From the NCBI GenBank assembly GCA_902727925.1, contig CACVAW010000040.1:5075-69074 (forward strand): a stretch of 64,000 nucleotides of DNA. Direction: 5' to 3'. The notes under the pieces were generated by a model. It worked only from the letters and a program-made list of their open reading frames with translations. It was not told the origin of the DNA and ran no database searches. Shown here piece after piece: positions 62,579 through 64,000 of the stretch (position 1 is the stretch's first letter; each line of letters opens with the position of its first letter). The translations under genes and the position numbers were made by a program. This stretch comes from an uncultured Campylobacterales bacterium. GTDB taxonomy: Bacteria > Campylobacterota > Campylobacteria > Campylobacterales > CACVAW01.

Positions 62579-62764
62579 TTAAGCAATTTTTTTATAAAAA
62601 GATTTTTCAAAATCATTTGGTGATTGATAATCAATTGTCGAATGTAACCTAGTAGAATTGTAAAATAATTCTATGTACTCAAAAATTGCCAATCTTGCTT
62701 CATCTCTAGTTTGATAAGTTTTCAATTGAATTGACTCTTTTTTAATAGAGTAAGAAATCAACAA
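62579..62764 (-). pseudogene. IS3-family transposase (OrfB, rve domain) C-terminal fragment
   Basis: [39 protein letters not shown] is the conserved IS3 OrfB tail. Everything N-terminal of about 62765 is missing. A candidate terminal IR begins TGGTCAGAATGAAGTTCCCCC at 62518. Confidence 0.75.
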
Positions 62765-63334
62765 ATCAAAGACAAAAATAAAGTATATTCACTACATGAA
62801 CAAGATGTATATGTCATAACAAAAGGTAAAGATCATAAGAAGTATGAATATGGTACAAAAGCTTCTATTGTAACAACAATGAGTAGTAACATAATAGTAG
62901 GAGTATCGTGCCACAGTAAAAATGAACATGATTCAAAAACACTAGAAGATGCACTAACTTCAGCAAATAAAAATAGAACCAAGCCTATCCTTGAGGCTAT
63001 ATGTGATAGAGGATATAGAGGGAAAAAAGAAGTACTAGGTACAGCTATTTGTATCCCTGATACTCCTTGCAAAACAGACTCAAAATATCAAAAAGAACAA
63101 AAGCGTAAGAAGTTCCGGCGTAGGGCTGCAATTGAACCTATAATTGGTCATTTGAAGTCTGATTATAGGCTTTGTAGAAATTATCTCAAGGGGTTTATTG
63201 GAGACCAGATAAACTTACTAATGGCTGCTTGTGCTTGGAATCTTAAGAAGTGGTTAAATCTCTTCTTGTGCCATTTATTTTATGCTTTATTCTTAGTTTT
63301 TAGAGTCAAATTATTCTTTAAATATAATTTTTAA
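62765..63334 (+). pseudogene. IS5-family DDE transposase C-terminal fragment
   Basis: [30 protein letters not shown]...CDRGYRG...RRRAAIEPIIGHLKSDYRLCRNYLKG is the conserved IS5-group core. The N-terminal half is absent. The frame opens only at 62735. Confidence 0.75.
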
Positions 63335-63631
63335 AGTTATATTTCTTCTTCTTGTCTTTTTACTTTAACTCTAATATAACAATAGTTATGAGAATCGAGT
63401 TTTTCAGGTTTGACTAGTTATAAAAAACCTATGAATATTTATCTTGATTTTATACAAAAATCGGCATAATTGAAAAGATGGAAATAAATCTTCACTAAAA
63501 CCTGTCTCGATAAATCAGGGCATTATCATTTAAAATTAAATTAGTTGATTTTTATTTGGTAAATTACTCCAAAAAATGAATTCTCAAACCCCCGTTTTTT
63601 TTAATTAACTCGAATTGGCGTATTGAAGTAC

Positions 63632-63988
63632 TTATTTAACGCTAGCTTCTTTCTTCATAATACTTATAATACTTTTTGAAATTTCAGAATTCTCTTCCTT
63701 TTGGACACTAAGTAATAGTTTATCTTTAAGGGATGAAATAACATCTTCTGCTATTTCTTGATGAGATATTATCACAGCCTCTTCAACAAAGTTATCAAAT
63801 GTAGTTTTGTAAAAATCTTCAATTAAAGAAACACAACTGTTATAAATAATATCTGACTTCTCATATCTTTTGATATCTTTTGAATTATAAATATTACCGC
63901 AAATAAATTTTTGATTTTTCATAATAGCAACAAGATAAAAGTCACTATTTTCATAAATAACCAAAGTACTACTATTTGAAGTATTCAT
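63632..63988 (-). CDS. hypothetical protein (no recognisable motifs)
   Basis: 118-aa ORF with coding-like composition, beyond the IS debris at the window edge. Its upstream region is outside the window. Confidence 0.5.
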   Translation of the reverse strand: MNTSNSSTLVIYENSDFYLVAIMKNQKFICGNIYNSKDIKRYEKSDIIYNSCVSLIEDFYKTTFDNFVEEAVIISHQEIAEDVISSLKDKLLLSVQKEENSEISKSIISIMKKEASVK

Positions 63989-64000
63989 CTTATTAACTTC

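Noticed and set aside
62833-63072. A 79-aa minus-strand ORF lies within the IS region.
   Set aside because: It is antisense to the clearly recognisable IS5-family transposase frame and has no motifs.

Overview
This is a visibly AT-rich, gene-dense bacterial chromosomal segment. GC content was not computed. Gene content and order suggest Campylobacterota, possibly an Arcobacter-like lineage, but that is inference only. Most of the window is core housekeeping. It holds aminoacyl-tRNA synthetases (gltX, ileS, pheST), gatA, nrdA, carB, dxs, hemC, murA, mreBC, clpX, lpxA-fabZ, efp, adk, leuB, rnj, rsmA, pgi, galU, tal and serB, plus envelope and glycan genes. I found no rRNA, CRISPR array, integrase or intact prophage.

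Five regions stand out:
- **Competence-type operon (57381-62366).** Two PilN/PilO-like membrane proteins are followed by comFC, then an 835-aa PLD-nuclease / SF2-helicase / DUF3427-type protein that starts 1 nt after comFC, then a DMT transporter.
- **Type IV pilus / T2SS-like (Cts-like) module (37953-45140).** It sits between carB and murA. Its accessory proteins are very divergent and no pilin gene is present.
- **Translationally coupled chain after ileS (24859-27200).** A 33-codon membrane small ORF is followed by radC, an orphan restriction-enzyme-C-terminal-like domain whose catalytic Lys appears lost, and a TPR protein with a 2-TM C-terminal module.
- **tRNA-like element (21241-21313).** It has a CAU anticodon, but I cannot pair its acceptor stem.
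- **Abutting IS3-family and IS5-family transposase fragments (about 62518-63334).** They mark the start of an accessory region at the right edge.

All functional calls come from motif recognition by eye on the supplied translations. No database search was run.
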